A stretch of 64,000 nt of DNA from contig NMRA01000603.1 of assembly GCA_002633005.1 (NCBI GenBank), forward strand, positions 1-64,000, given 5' to 3'. This document shows positions 35,772 through 48,930 of this stretch, one piece after another. Within the stretch, counting starts at the first letter, position 1, and each line of letters begins with the position of its first letter. The position numbers and the translations under genes are program-made. This stretch comes from Phoronis australis. Lineage: Eukaryota > Animalia > Phoronida. Under the pieces are notes generated by a model that was not told where the DNA came from, searched no databases, and saw only the letters and a program-made list of their open reading frames with translations.

Positions 35772-37933
35772 CTATTTTTTACTTTTGTCAAGAATTGCAA
35801 CCAATTCTTCGTCGGTTTTCTGATGCTGTTTAATTAAAGCGCACAGCAATGCAAAACAAAGTAATGACATTATAATCCCACCAAACACAAGATACATTAA
35901 CACCATTGGGCCAACAACGTCAAATAAAAGAGGTACTACTGTTGGAAAAATCAAGGCACCTGCCGCGTCTCCTCCAACGCACATACCCACAATAAGTGGG
36001 TCTTCAGAGATGTGTTTCAAACAAATGCTCACAAATGATGCCATCATTGAACTGAAGAAAAGTCCTATAAGGAATGAAGATATCCACAAAAGAACTCTGC
36101 TTTCTTCTGCCCAAATGCACAAGGTTAGAAAAAGAACAGCCAATGAAATTAGATTAAGAGTTATCATTTGAACGGGTGTCAACATCTTTGAAACCCAAAT
36201 AGCATTCACTCTTCCAAAAGTCATTGCGAAGAATGTGACTGAAGCCATCAGCACCGCTTCCGCCTTCGGGATGTCCGCTTTCGATTGAACACAAAACGTG
36301 GTGATAAAATCTTGGTACATTTTTAGGGACCCACATTGAAATAAGTTGCTAAGAAATGCTGTAACTAACATGCAAATTCGTCTCTTATTGCTCAATATGA
36401 CACACAGTTGTCCGGATTTCTTTTCTTCTCGGGTATGTCTGCTCCCTTTGGTCTTACAGCACTGTTCCCAAATACTTATACAGAAGAAGCACGCAGCAGG
36501 CAAACAACAGAGTGCACCAAGTGTTACGTATCCGTAGAGCACGTGCGATTCTGTCCAGCTGTCCAAAGGCTGTTGTTGGTGGGTACAGTTTTGTAAATAC
36601 TGGATGCTCAGTGTGGTGGAGATTCCCTGTAATGTTTGAATCCGTGACTCGTCGCAAACGTTCAGCAACTCCCTCGACAGAAAAGGACGTATTACAATAG
36701 GCCCAAATACTGCTCCACACATCTTAAATGCGAATTCGGCCTGCAGGAACTGTTCGCGATGTCTCAGTTCACTGCGCTCGAGTACGATGACTAACAACAC
36801 TATAAAAGACAAATGACGTGTTTATCATTTTTAGCAACTTCAACTAGGAGGTTGTTTCCCAGTGGGGGTTATGACCCACCAAAGGTCGACTGGCGCAATT
36901 CAATTTAAAATCCGTCATCATGGACGCAGACGTATGACAGCTGCATATTGTCATCTCACCTACTATGAGGATTCGATATGGAAAAGAACCGAATTTTTCA
37001 TCCTTAAAGTCCATGTTTATAAGTAATATGTACATGTATATGAAGACTACGCCACTGAAAGGCCAAAAGAAAATGACGCATAATTGTCAATATTTTTATA
37101 TCAGGCACGAGTTACTCTACGCCCAATCGTCCCCACGTCGCCACAACCACCAAGGGTATCGCACCACCATTGGCAAGAACATTCAACCAGTGTCCCGAGA
37201 TACATACCACCAACACAGTCGTAACTCAACACTATCACTATCGAACAATCAGAATCCCGCTTCATAACCATTTTCCCAATCACTACCACCACCATAATGA
37301 TAGAAGACATTGCTGCCATAATGAAACACTACACAGTATTCTGCCATTCAGCCCTTACTATTGTGCCCGATTATCCAATAAACTAAATAAGCTTCAACGC
37401 AGAGCCCTCAGAAAGTAGTGGCCTCACCTCGTGTCCACAGGGCACCCAGGGATTTGTGAATTTGACTGCCAGGAGGAGGGTTGGCTGGAGTAATGGGATG
37501 ACTGGGAGGGGGATTTTGACAAATCAATAGGGTCCAAGACTGTTCAAAGCTTAAGGCCCGCGAAACCTCAACCCGGCACTGCACTATTAGCACATTGCTA
37601 TCGCCAACACCCACTACCAGCATGGAGATTACTCTTTAAATGTTCCTTACCAACTGCAGTTATTCCAGCAAATATTCCCTGAGCAGTGATCATCACCGCC
37701 ATGACAATTAGTGACGATGATATCGGGATCAGAGCTGTGCTGACAGCCAATAAGGCTAGAAACAAAGCAGCCTGAACGACTTGGTCCAGAAACATTAGAC
37801 ATCTCGACGACATAATGCCAATTAAAGAACCAAGACCCCACGGTGTCAGGACAAACGCGGCTTCCTCTGTCGTGCTCTTGGTGACTTGAAGGAGATCCGG
37901 AAGGGCAGCACCTATTGTTAAGAAAGCCATTCC
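35772..37933 (-). CDS. Major facilitator superfamily transporter, MFSD4 / sodium-dependent glucose transporter 1-like (5'-partial)
   Basis: Exon 37933-37651 (GMAFLTIGAALPDL..., phase 0 to 1) joins in phase to exon 36799-35772 (FLQA...GAVFGP, FFAMTFGRVNAIW, GLFFSSM, GALIFP). Many hydrophobic TM segments. Upstream exon(s) not identified. Confidence 0.8.
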
Positions 37934-38044
37934 CTGGAATGAAATCAATTGTGTTAAAAGAAACCTGTTTGACTCAGTTTGCATCATGAAGCAAATGATT
38001 TTTCCATGCAAACCTTTGGTTAAAAGGTCATAAAATATACGGGA

Positions 38045-38330
38045 ATTATCTACCCTATTAAATGCTTTACTAAAATCAATGAATACGCAATATACTTCCC
38101 CTTCCGTTTTGTGGGATGTTCCTTGATGACACTCTGTACGTTAAAAATTATAACAGTTATCACCGTATAACTATTTTGACTGTATCCGTTTCCCTTTTTG
38201 AAACTCGGCACAATAACACTTTCTGACCATTGGTATGGATAGTGCTCGGGGTGACGGAACATTCTTTTAAAAAGTTTTAGTAGAATTTCTACTACACTCA
38301 GATAAGCACTTAGAAAATTCAGGAGGTATA
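38045..38330 (-). mobile_element. Non-LTR retrotransposon RT fragment
   Basis: YPYQWSESVIVPSFKKG....SY..ITV and YCVFIDFSKAFNRV motifs. Confidence 0.75.
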
Positions 38331-39459
38331 CCGTATTCTCTGGAAGATTTATTTTATTTTTTTTTTCTTATTGACCCTTACTAAAAGTTTTATTTTATTT
38401 TATTTTTTGTTTCTTAATGACCCTTACTATTTCATCTGCCCTAATATCGGCATAGTAGCCAAGGCACTGGTTGTGGGGCACGTAATGGGCGGCGCACCAT
38501 AGGGGACTGGGTGGGCTATAGCCCCCACTTTTCCCAGTGCTACGCCGCACATGGTCTATAGGCAGTGCACCATATGGGAGGCTAAGGGGGCTTTAGCCTC
38601 CCACTTTTTTCAGTGCTGCGCCGCCCATGTCGCTGTGGTTGACTACAAAGCTCACAGTATAGTGTCTCAAGTCCATTAGGTGTCTGTCTAACTAGGTCAT
38701 CAAGTGTATGTCTAACTAGGTCATCAAGTTTCTGTCTAACCATAGATAGAGACCCAATTGACCTATCGCAAGCTCCGCCTCTATGCAAAAAGTCACGTGA
38801 TACCCGACAATCGAACGAGATGTTAGAGGCAAATACACTGTCGCTAAGCCATGTTCCTGGTGGAATCGATGAAGGTTTTTGCACTATTTGAAAACGCTTC
38901 GACAGAGACAAGACGCGATGCTTTTCAACAGAGAATCGTACGTTCATGATATGGGAATTTGTAAAGGTGACGATGAAAAAATAAGTGCTTAAGGAGCCAG
39001 CCAAAATCTGAAGAAGTCGGCCTTGGGGCCACCTTCACATGACAAATGACAAGGCCACTGATACGATGTGTTCATGTACTGGTGCGATATGTTCATGTAA
39101 AACTGGGTATGTACCTTAAAGTCGAATTATCTGTACGATTTCATAGATTTCATGATCTTTCGAATAAAATCAGTGAAGATTCACCGATATTTTTATTCTG
39201 TCGTCTGCTAAATTTCGCCAAATGAAAAACTGGTGGGACTCCTGGAGTAAAGTAGGTCGAAGATTACAGACTACACATGCACTATAGTCTCTGACTAGGT
39301 CGACTCGATAGCACTGTTTACGCTTTTCTAATCTTGTAACGAAATATTTTGTTAAAAAAATTCAGGTTCATAGCTCAGGTACACACTCATCTCGTCCTAG
39401 GCAAACAGTTAGCTCCCTAGGTGAAGGGCTGTGTCTAAGTCAAATTAATGTCTGGAATT

Positions 39460-39783
39460 CAGTGGCGGATCTAGGATACCACAGGGGGCCCAACATATGT
39501 TGCCTCGTGGAATTGGTTAAAGTGCGATTGTATGTGCACAGGCGGCCCGAAAGTTGCAGGGGCCAGGAATGTAGACCGTTGGACCATATTCAGAAAATCT
39601 ATCGGTGGACTAAAAAAAAAAAACAGGAACACGATTCCACCACGATCTGGGGTCTGAGCCCCCCTCTTCCGCTACCGGTCCTAGTTACTGAACTCAATAT
39701 TTCGTCACGCTTCATGCTGTTGCTGCTTCATTTTGTTTGCGCCAGCCAAGGGGGGCAGCCCCCCCCCCCTAAATCCGCCTATG
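39460..39783. mobile_element. CAGTGGCGG MITE with 5-bp TSD; related copies at 41803-41965, 42095-42389, 43872-44019
   Basis: TSD GAATT/GAATT, GAACA/GAACA, ATTTT/CTTTT, ATATC/ATGTC. Confidence 0.8.
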
Positions 39784-42700
39784 GAATTATCCGTTTGCAC
39801 CATTAAGACATTTAAATTAGGCCTACCTTCTTATGAACTTGGCATTTTTTGTAGTTTCATCCCATAAAGGTAGCTTTCATTTAATTTTGAAGGTAGCATG
39901 ATCACTAAGTCGTGGTATGGTTACAAAAGATTACAAGTCTGATGTGGTAGTTGCAAAAATAGGGTAATTACAAAAATAACTCAAATTCTTTTTTAAAGCT
40001 TCATAGATCTAAATATCATGTTTGAACAACTTCAAAACGAGCTATTTCTAACTCTGCAGACATAGTGTATACTAGAGGTGTACGTCAAAAAGTAATACAA
40101 CAGTTTATTTTTAGTGACAACAGCTCGACCAAGGCTTTGAGTTCCCGCAGTAATCCAGTGCTCTTCCCTGTGCCGATCGAATCTCTGAAATTTGCCCTGG
40201 AGAGAAGTTCAGTTGAACGCCAGCCTACGGTTAATGAATAACAAAAACGTACCTCTTATACGAAACAAAATAATGTCCATTAGGCTGAAATAATTAAAAA
40301 ACATAAAATAAAAATGTCCTTGAAAACAACAATTTCCGGGGACTACTGCTAGAGTGCTGAGATCCAGCACTGAGGTGCCGGACAAAGGCGGCCAGACATA
40401 CAGTAGGCAACTCGGAGTCAAAATCTGAGATAGCCCTGCACCATAGCCACCAAGCTGAAAAGTGCGTATCTTGGAACTAATATATTTGTGTTTAATGTAG
40501 CCATCGAGTTATCAAGCAACATCGCTAAGTTCAGCTCCTCTTGTGGCCGTACAGTTTGATCCATAGTTTACGCTTTTCAACATCATTTTTTCCGCTTAGG
40601 ACATGCCAAAAATTACGGGATATTATTCTGGAGCAGCATAACGGCTTTCGGTGCTACACACGCCATATCAACACCGTTTCCCCATTCTTAGCGGGCAATT
40701 TCTTGAGCTCTAGACTAAAGTAAGTTTTACTCGACTACGTGTGGTTTGTCTTGGAAACGCAGACGAAGGTGTGCCAAGAATGCTGTGTTCTGATTGGTCA
40801 ATTAAGCCGTCCGTCATAATCCTGGCGACAGGTCAATTCACGCGGCGGACATTAAAAACCAAAGCCAGCCTCCCGTTCAGTAACGCTAGGACCTCGCTAA
40901 AAAGCAAGACTTCGCGAGATTATGTGAGATATTGCCGTGTATTTTAAATAAGAACACGTGACTGACTAGGTTTTAGCTAGGTCCTAGCGTAGGTCTTAGC
41001 GTCTACTGAACGCAAGCCAGGCTCACTGCGATAAACAAAGCATAAAATTTACATGCATAAAATTTACATTGCGTTAGTTAAATGGTCGGTCTTTGGAGTC
41101 CAACCTGAATATTAAATCTTCAAAAATGTGTCAATAATTAACCACAGAGACGTAGAAAAATACATTTAAAGAACAAGTCAATGCTACAAAGAGTTGTCTG
41201 ACGAAAGGATATGTTTTTTTCGAAAAGCTAGGTTGGAAACATGAAAAGTAAACATGACCAAATTGCTGCGATCGTAGTGTTACGGATTAGGTATCATGCT
41301 GAATGCATGCAGGGTTACGTTTCTTCTAATAAATTCTTGATAAAAATGCTTTCTACACAAACCAGGTAATCTGGCCGTATTGTTGACGAGTTGAAGATAT
41401 ATTCGACAGTGGTGGCTCATAGCATTTTGGTGTCATGTGCAATTAGTCACATTTGGTTTAATTTGTTGATCAAGAGTAGGCCTTTTAGCTTCAAGCATAG
41501 CCTAGGTCCTTGGGAGGTAGGCACTACCGGGACTAACAATTGATATGTCATTGATCTGAAATAATACTTTATGTTATTAAATATATATTTTGATTACGAT
41601 AAAAACCAGGCTCGCAATTGAAAATAAAAATTGTATGACCATCAATTCTGCTTTTTTGCTTTTAATACTTACGTCTATTTCATGTGTTATATTTTCAAAT
41701 ATTAATCTCGACCAAGTTGAATTTTAAAATTAAAACACCTAATTCTTTCGTCAAAAGTATAACCTTGTTTTAGAGCTCAATTTCAGTTAACTGGAGAGAA
41801 CACAGTGGCGGATTTCGAGGGGAGCCAAGGGGGCCATGCCCCCCCTAAAATTCTCCCACATTCCATTTGGCAGTTCAGGAGCGCGAATGTCTGACGGCAA
41901 AATCCTGGCTAATAATATGCCTTGCCCCCCCCCCCAACTTAAAGTCCTGGATCCCCCGGCCCCTGGAACAAGCATAGTTATCATGTTTCTTCAGAGGCTT
42001 CGTTCATATCCGAGGGGAAAGGTGACTCCCGATCACCATCAATAGCACGCGGCCCTGATGCAAGCTCTCATAGTTCTGTCTCAAGTAGTATTTTCAGTGG
42101 CTGACCACTGAGGGGGGGCCCGACTCCACGGAGAAGCGGGCAAAGCGCGATTGTATGCACGCAGGCGGCCCGGAAGTCGCGGGCGCCGAGGATGTATACC
42201 TTCTGCTCAGGAAATCTGTCGTTGGACTATAAAAAACCGGAACGTGTTTTTCTCCCTTGTCTGCTACCGGTCCTAGCTCGAACTCAGTATTTCCTCCCGC
42301 TTCACGTTTTTCTGGTTTATCATTTGCTTGCGGCAGTCAAGGGGGGCGGGCCCCTAGCCCCACCCCCCCCCCCCCTTAGTCCGCCTATGCTTTTCTTCGT
42401 TTTCAAATTCTCACCTCTGTGGTCACAGGTGATTTGAACCGTCAATCACTAAGGGAATTTTTAGCTCTTGTGGGGCCGGGAATTTTGCTTGATTTTTTGA
42501 GAGGGGAACGGGGCCTATATTTCGCCCCAAAATTGAAGGATTGAGGGCCCTGTCCGTTTTGTAAAGAAAAATGCTTCGCGCTTCAACCCATAGTCATGAA
42601 AACACAGCATGGCTGGCCGAAGATTCTCCAGTCCTCGTTGCTATGGAGGCAACCGAGATGAGACAAATTATGATTCGAAAACAGTTATAAATTTTACACG

Positions 42701-44464
42701 GACATATTTTCCTTCGTCGCGGCGTACGACAGGGACCCAACGGTTCCGAATCCCAGCGTCCTTAGGTATTGTAAACAGACAGTTGAGTGTCCGTATTTTT
42801 TCTAGCTGTTCGAGCAACGCGGAGTACAACTATGCGGATAAGCCACCAGAGCTATCGTAGCGAGCCTCGTTTTGGAACGCGCCTCCTGTCGGCGTGAATA
42901 GGGCCTATTAGTAAAGAGATTCACGACTCCCGTTCAGTAATGCTAGGACCTCGCTAAAAAGCAAGACTTCGCGAGATTACGTGAGATATCGCCGTGCATT
43001 TTAAATGAGAGCACATGACTTTGATTAGGTTTTAGCTAGGTCCTAGCGTAGGCTCTAGCGTCTACTGAACGCATGCCGGGGTTCAAAACTTCCGGTCTCA
43101 TGGCTAAGCATAGTAACGAAGTACTCTCTGACACAGCGCCACCTACATGTATACTTTTGTTTAGCACTGTGATAGAGTGTAAGTAACGAAGATGAACTTT
43201 GGTTTTTATTTCCCACACCTCAAGCAAATTTTTGAGTTTGAATATAAATTGTTGCGTTTAATGCAAACTAAATCACGTATGCAAGCCATTCAAGTCAGAT
43301 TATTGCTAGAAAACGTGTCGGAATTAACTTGACAAGTTGTTGTTGATAGGCCCGAATGCCTGCACACTAACACAAGAATCGAGGAGTTTGGCCCAATGAA
43401 AAGATTGAGTTAATTAGATAATTCTTTTAACTAAGTTTAATTCTCAGTCGTTTACCATGAAATTTAGTTTGAATTTTGTGATTTTGTAGGAATTTTGGCT
43501 CGACCTAAATGTAGTAGTTTCTCATTCGTCATTACGCCTACAATACATAAGCTGGAGCAAACTACATGTAATGTGGCCAAAATTCAGCAAGAGCGAAATT
43601 TTGCCATATTTCATGATTTTCAGAGGCTCTTATCTATTACCATTCAAAGTGGTGGAAAATGAAAAGTATGCCAGTGAATTATTTAACCTTTCTCTTTTCT
43701 ATTGATATCCGTTTCAACAAGTGGGGGCATCAACAAATATTTTTAAAAATCGAAGTACTGCGAGCACTTGATAAATTTTTCACTCACCGGTAAATTCTTG
43801 TGACATAGAAGGAGATAAATTTTCAGCTGCTAAATGGCCGTTACTGAACCGATTTTAATCATAAGTATATCCAGGGGCGGATCCAGGATTTTGTGTAAGG
43901 GGGGCGCAGGGCAGAGTATTAGCCAGGATTTTGCCCTTCAGACATTCTCACCCCCGAACTGCCAAATGGAGTATGGGAGAATTTCAGGGCGACCTTGGCC
44001 AACCCTAAATCCGCCACTGATGTCAAACTGTTTACTAAAAAATTCTGCCGTAATTGTACACTTTTCATATATTTTTTGATAAAAGTATGAAAAAATATAG
44101 TTTATAAGTGAATCTTATCGGTCTCTCAACTGGAAAAATCTTGAAAGTGTAGACTCAACGTCCTTATCCATTCCCCATCATTTTTTTCACTTTATCTCAC
44201 CTTTTCCATTGAAGAACACTTCCAAAAAAGGTAAATTCAGTTATTTTTCAAGAACCATGTTTACCTTTCCAGGGTTCAAACTGAACTCAAACTTGATGGG
44301 TCAGATGTATTTAACAGAACCAGTCAAATCTTCTTTAATTTACAAAAAGTGGTCCAAATTGGTGAAATATTTTCATTAAAATAGTACAGAATGTTTTTAA
44401 ATTCAATTTAACTTTTTGGATGGTCACGAACACAACACATTTCAATTCCTATATTATTTGACAG

Positions 44465-45203
44465 TGTCAGAATATAGTCTGTGTCGGAATATAGTCTGAC
44501 AGTATTTTTCGTTGTATTGTATGGTTTTGTTATTCTGTTTGATTGGCATGACCCCCGAGTTAAGTACAATGATGATGTAATTTGTTTACTACAGAATAGT
44601 ATGGAACTTTTTAGTAGACCGAGTTCAGTAGTGATGTAATTTGTTTACTGCAGTATAGTGCGGGACTTTCTAGAAGACTCTAGCATGACAGTGATTAATG
44701 CAGTCTGGAATATTCTAGAGACTAGTACATGTTTATAGAATGATTGGGTAGGTTCCAGAAAGTTCTGGTACGTGCTTGAATTGATGAAAAGTTCTAGAAC
44801 AATGCATTAGGCTATAAATACACAAGCACGGGTTTGTGTTAGTCACTTGAGTCTAAGAAGATTAAGTCAGTTCAAGAGAAGATCAAGTCAGTTCAAGTAA
44901 GTCAATCAGGAGAACTACAGTTGAGTTGCAGTGAAGAGAATCAGCAGTTACAGCGATAGTCAATAGAGAGCCAGCTATAGAGACAGCAGGTTATTGAATC
45001 GAGTGTAACAGTTGCTGAACGTATCTCAGAAGTTCAACACAAGTCAAGGCTTCACAGCACTGGCCGCAGCATAGAACAGACATTACGTCGGACGTTTTGT
45101 TTGAGTAGGCTTGCGAACGCACGGTCGGGATTAATAAAGGATTAACTCGAACCAGTCTTCAGTCTATCTTCGCACTGAAAGCTATTAGCACCGGTCTGTA
45201 ACA
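44465..45203 (+). mobile_element. Solo LTR
   Basis: TGT...ACA ends (start at 44465 or 44482), TATA CTATAAATA at about 44812, AATAAA at about 45132, no internal region. Confidence 0.65.
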
Positions 45204-46929
45204 ACCTGCGCCCACCCACACACGGGGAAAAACGTGGCAGACAGCTTGGGCACACCCGGGGGGCTCGGGGGGCTGGAATAAGCCCCTCAATTTGGCGAAT
45301 TGGGCAAAAAGGTCTGAAACAAAAAGTCCACAGGAATTCGGTGCCGATGCACAATTCGTAGGCCTGAACCTAGTGGCCCCGTTTTTTTAGTCCTTGTTGA
45401 TTTGTTTCAGTAAAAGGTCCGCATATCAAAAATTTGAGCCCCTATATTTTAGGCTAGGTACGCGTATGAACAGGAATGAAATTGATTTAAATTTAATTGA
45501 AATTTAAGGGTCTTATTTAATTTTGTGTAATTAAAAATGCACATAATTGTTTTTGCCATATGGTGTGTAACTTAAGATTGTCAAAACATTGACCTTACTT
45601 GGGAAAAAGAATATATATCCTCAAAGGTTTTTAAGTAATGACGAAATACTCTAAAAAAAGACTAGTTTTCTGGTTTTTGCTCTATTTGAAATCATTTGTT
45701 AAGCAAACTTCATTTTTACAATTGTTTTAAAATACTGTGGAACAAAAGAAATATGTTCACTAAACCGTAGTAATTCTTGAAGTATTTTGTCGTTTTCAAA
45801 GTGGTTTGGTGTCGATGCCAATTTGTTAACCTTCTTGTAAAGGACTTTTCATCTCTTTTCAGGAACTCAGTATGCTATGCATTCCCAAATATAGTTGTTT
45901 AAACTTGCCATTTTTATGGCGTGAAATTTCTGGGTGCTGTTTGCTGAAAAAGGCTATTTTTGAGGCTCTAATTATCAAATAACTCGAGAGCCGCCTAAAC
46001 GATTTAAAATATTCAAAATTTTGTATAAAAGGCTTGTCTTAAGCTACCATTTAAGACGATTCAAGTATTTCTGATAAAATTTGTATTTCGCTTTGCTCCG
46101 ACATCTCTATTTTGTAAAACATAGTATGCAAAGGGTGTTTTTGTATTATTTTCTCAGAGATATATACAACACTTTATGTAATGTTGTTATGTTTTTTCCT
46201 GTTTGTCATTGTAAAAATCAATTCCATTGTATATTTGTGTTGCCAGTTTTCACTTAACAATTGTAAAGTAAGGCAGCGGAATCCCAGACCCCTGTTACAT
46301 GTACTTACTCATTAGAACTGGGAAAATAAAAAAATGAAAAATGTGTATTTTGTGTGTGCTGTGCTACCTGATAACCACTAAAAATACGGCTGACCAAACA
46401 CCCTTCACAACCCGACTCTTTCCCTCTCATGTTCTCTGATGTCAAATTTTGTGGTATTTCATTTCAGTTGTTGGTTTACTTCATATTGTTATATAATGCA
46501 GTAATATAACACTTCAAAACTGCATTCCCTTCACTGAGTATAAAGTACAAAAACTGAAGATATCAAAAATGTAGTATACAAGTTTCTTTTCGAACACTGA
46601 ATATCTGTTGGCATCACAAAACCCAAAAGAAAATAACGGTGCTAACTGGTCCTTCTAAATTTTGACTTCTTCAATTCAATCGCAGGTTATCTCTCCACTA
46701 CTCAACCGATTCTATTTTGGCAAGTGAATATTCACGCTCAGTGCGATAATGAAAATTAGCTCATTTTTTTGTTTTGAACTGATGGAAGAGTCCTGGGAGA
46801 TGAGTTCACTTTCACAAAATCACGTTCTATACAAAACTCTTAGTTCCATATTACTTTACAAATATTCTTCGTGCGATATTTAGAACCTATGCTTTTTATT
46901 TAGAGGGTGCTCAGACACTGAACGTGAAA

Positions 46930-47340
46930 AATGGACATTAGGTCAAAATGAGCATACCTACTTCCATAATCATAAGTATCCCTTGTCAAAAAGTTGTGGA
47001 GAACACGTCAATTGAGTTGCCATGGAGAGCACAGTTTGCTGCGATTGAAAGCATTGGAGTCCCTTTTCATTGCATTCAAGAAGCCTGTTTTGAATGAGCA
47101 GCAAAAGGGGTCATGCTGTATTTGTTTGCGCGATATTCTTGTTATCCCCACCATTTGTCAGTCTTTGCACTATTCCACACCTGCTGTGTCCCATTGGGTA
47201 TTTTACTACCTTGTGCTCTGTGGTGGTATGCTTCGAAATATCGTTTGTCTTTTAATCGTGTCTCTTGGTCAGTTTCTTTACCAATGTTCTGTTGAGTGTC
47301 GAACTTTGTTCTGAGTATGCGAACGGAATGGAATAAAGAT
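46930..47340 (+). mobile_element. Penelope-like element 3' fragment (end of GIY-YIG endonuclease)
   Basis: LRLKALESLFIAFKKPVLNEQ matches the L..LESL.I...KP.LN.Q tail. Confidence 0.6.
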
Positions 47341-48174
47341 TGTTAACAGCAACAAGTGCCATGTATCGAACCAATTTTGCATAATCATAAATATATTTAG
47401 AAGTTGCCCTACTTTTGGCCTATGATACTAGTGACAGCAACATTTTGACACTCAGGTTTTGCAAATGATATGTCAATGTCACTGAGCCTGTTGCCTTCCC
47501 CCTGGAACAAAGCTGTGGGAATTACACAAATATTTATTGTGTATCATTGTTACAAACTCATTTTTGTTCGTTAATACTTCTACTTATGATTATGAGCTGA
47601 TTCGTATGGTACTGAATTTAATCAAACACTAATACTACTTGCAGCAAAAAATCAGCTGATGCGACTTAAGTGTAAACATGGGAAAATCAGCTGAAGACGT
47701 TTCTGGCGTTAATGACTCATTACATGTCTGAATTATCTTGTGAATGTTTTAAATGACATGACAGAGAACAATACACGAATTTTATTTTTACATATCTTAT
47801 AAACACAAAAAATCAAGCAGTTCAACACATTACTTAACCAAATCTTGAAACGAGCGAACGGCTGCACCTTAGAACCGGAAGTTTTCTATCCTGCATGTGC
47901 AGCGCCCTGTTATCGTTATTGCTTATGTCCCTGGGTCTGTGACATGCTCAATACGGCAGACCCTATCTATAGCCTATGGTCTAACTAGATCAGCAAAAGC
48001 TTCATTGAAATCTGTTCTGTTAATATCAAACTGAATACTGATATAAATTATCCACCCCAATTCAGTAATATTGCTTATTATCTGGCCTTTTAATGTGCAC
48101 TGGCTCTGATAGGCTGTGATTTATGACATTCCAAAATAGGGCATAGTCCAATCGACTCTATGAAGCCTAGAAAA

Positions 48175-48930
48175 TCACTTCCGTGGCCAATTTTGGGGCA
48201 AGATAATTTTGGTGTTTTTAAGGTCATTAAGTACTATATTTTAAGAATCTAAAAAGTTACCAAGGTTTGACTTGCACGTTTTCGAGAAATTTGACCTCAA
48301 ATATCTGACTTTTTCCATAATTTGGCACAGAAAACCAATCTTCAAAAACCAACAACACTAGACAAAAACTGAATGATAACTTGATTGGGATTTGTTCATT
48401 TCAAGTTACTGAACAAGAAAAGTGATATATATTATTATATTAAGTGGAAAATTGCTGACCAGAAAACATACTACTATATTCTGATCTGCCAAAAAACAAA
48501 TGCAGTTAAACATTTGTATGGAACTTGATGAAGATCACAACCTACATATAAACAATATCGATTTCCAACACTTCTGCAACAAATCCACTGTCATTACTTT
48601 CATTAATTGTCACAACTAATTATCATTATCCACATTGCTGTTCACTGTCAACTGTCACAGGGAACGATACACCCGACAGTCCACACAGTCACCAGCACGA
48701 TTAAATGTTGTCAATATTTTCCATTAGGTTGAAAATTTAAAGTTCTTTAACAACATAGCATGCACTGTTTATGTTTCTTCATCCACTCCATCATTTATAT
48801 CATCATTATTGTCATCAAAAGTTGTTTTTTGACCGAGACACCGTGTTCACAAAGTCTGGACAGTCGCACAACTTAGAACATGGCATGCCTGACTTCAAAC
48901 AAAAGCACATATTTTACTACAACCACTTCT
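48175..48930 (-). mobile_element. Second Academ-like fragment (terminus + 3' end of ORF)
   Basis: 48630-48930 is colinear with 18590-18704 joined to 20766-20953; terminus CACTTCCGTGGCCA. Confidence 0.7.

Noticed and set aside
37101-37418. ORFs between the two MFS exons
   Set aside because: The flanking exons already join in phase; the sequence is low-complexity intron
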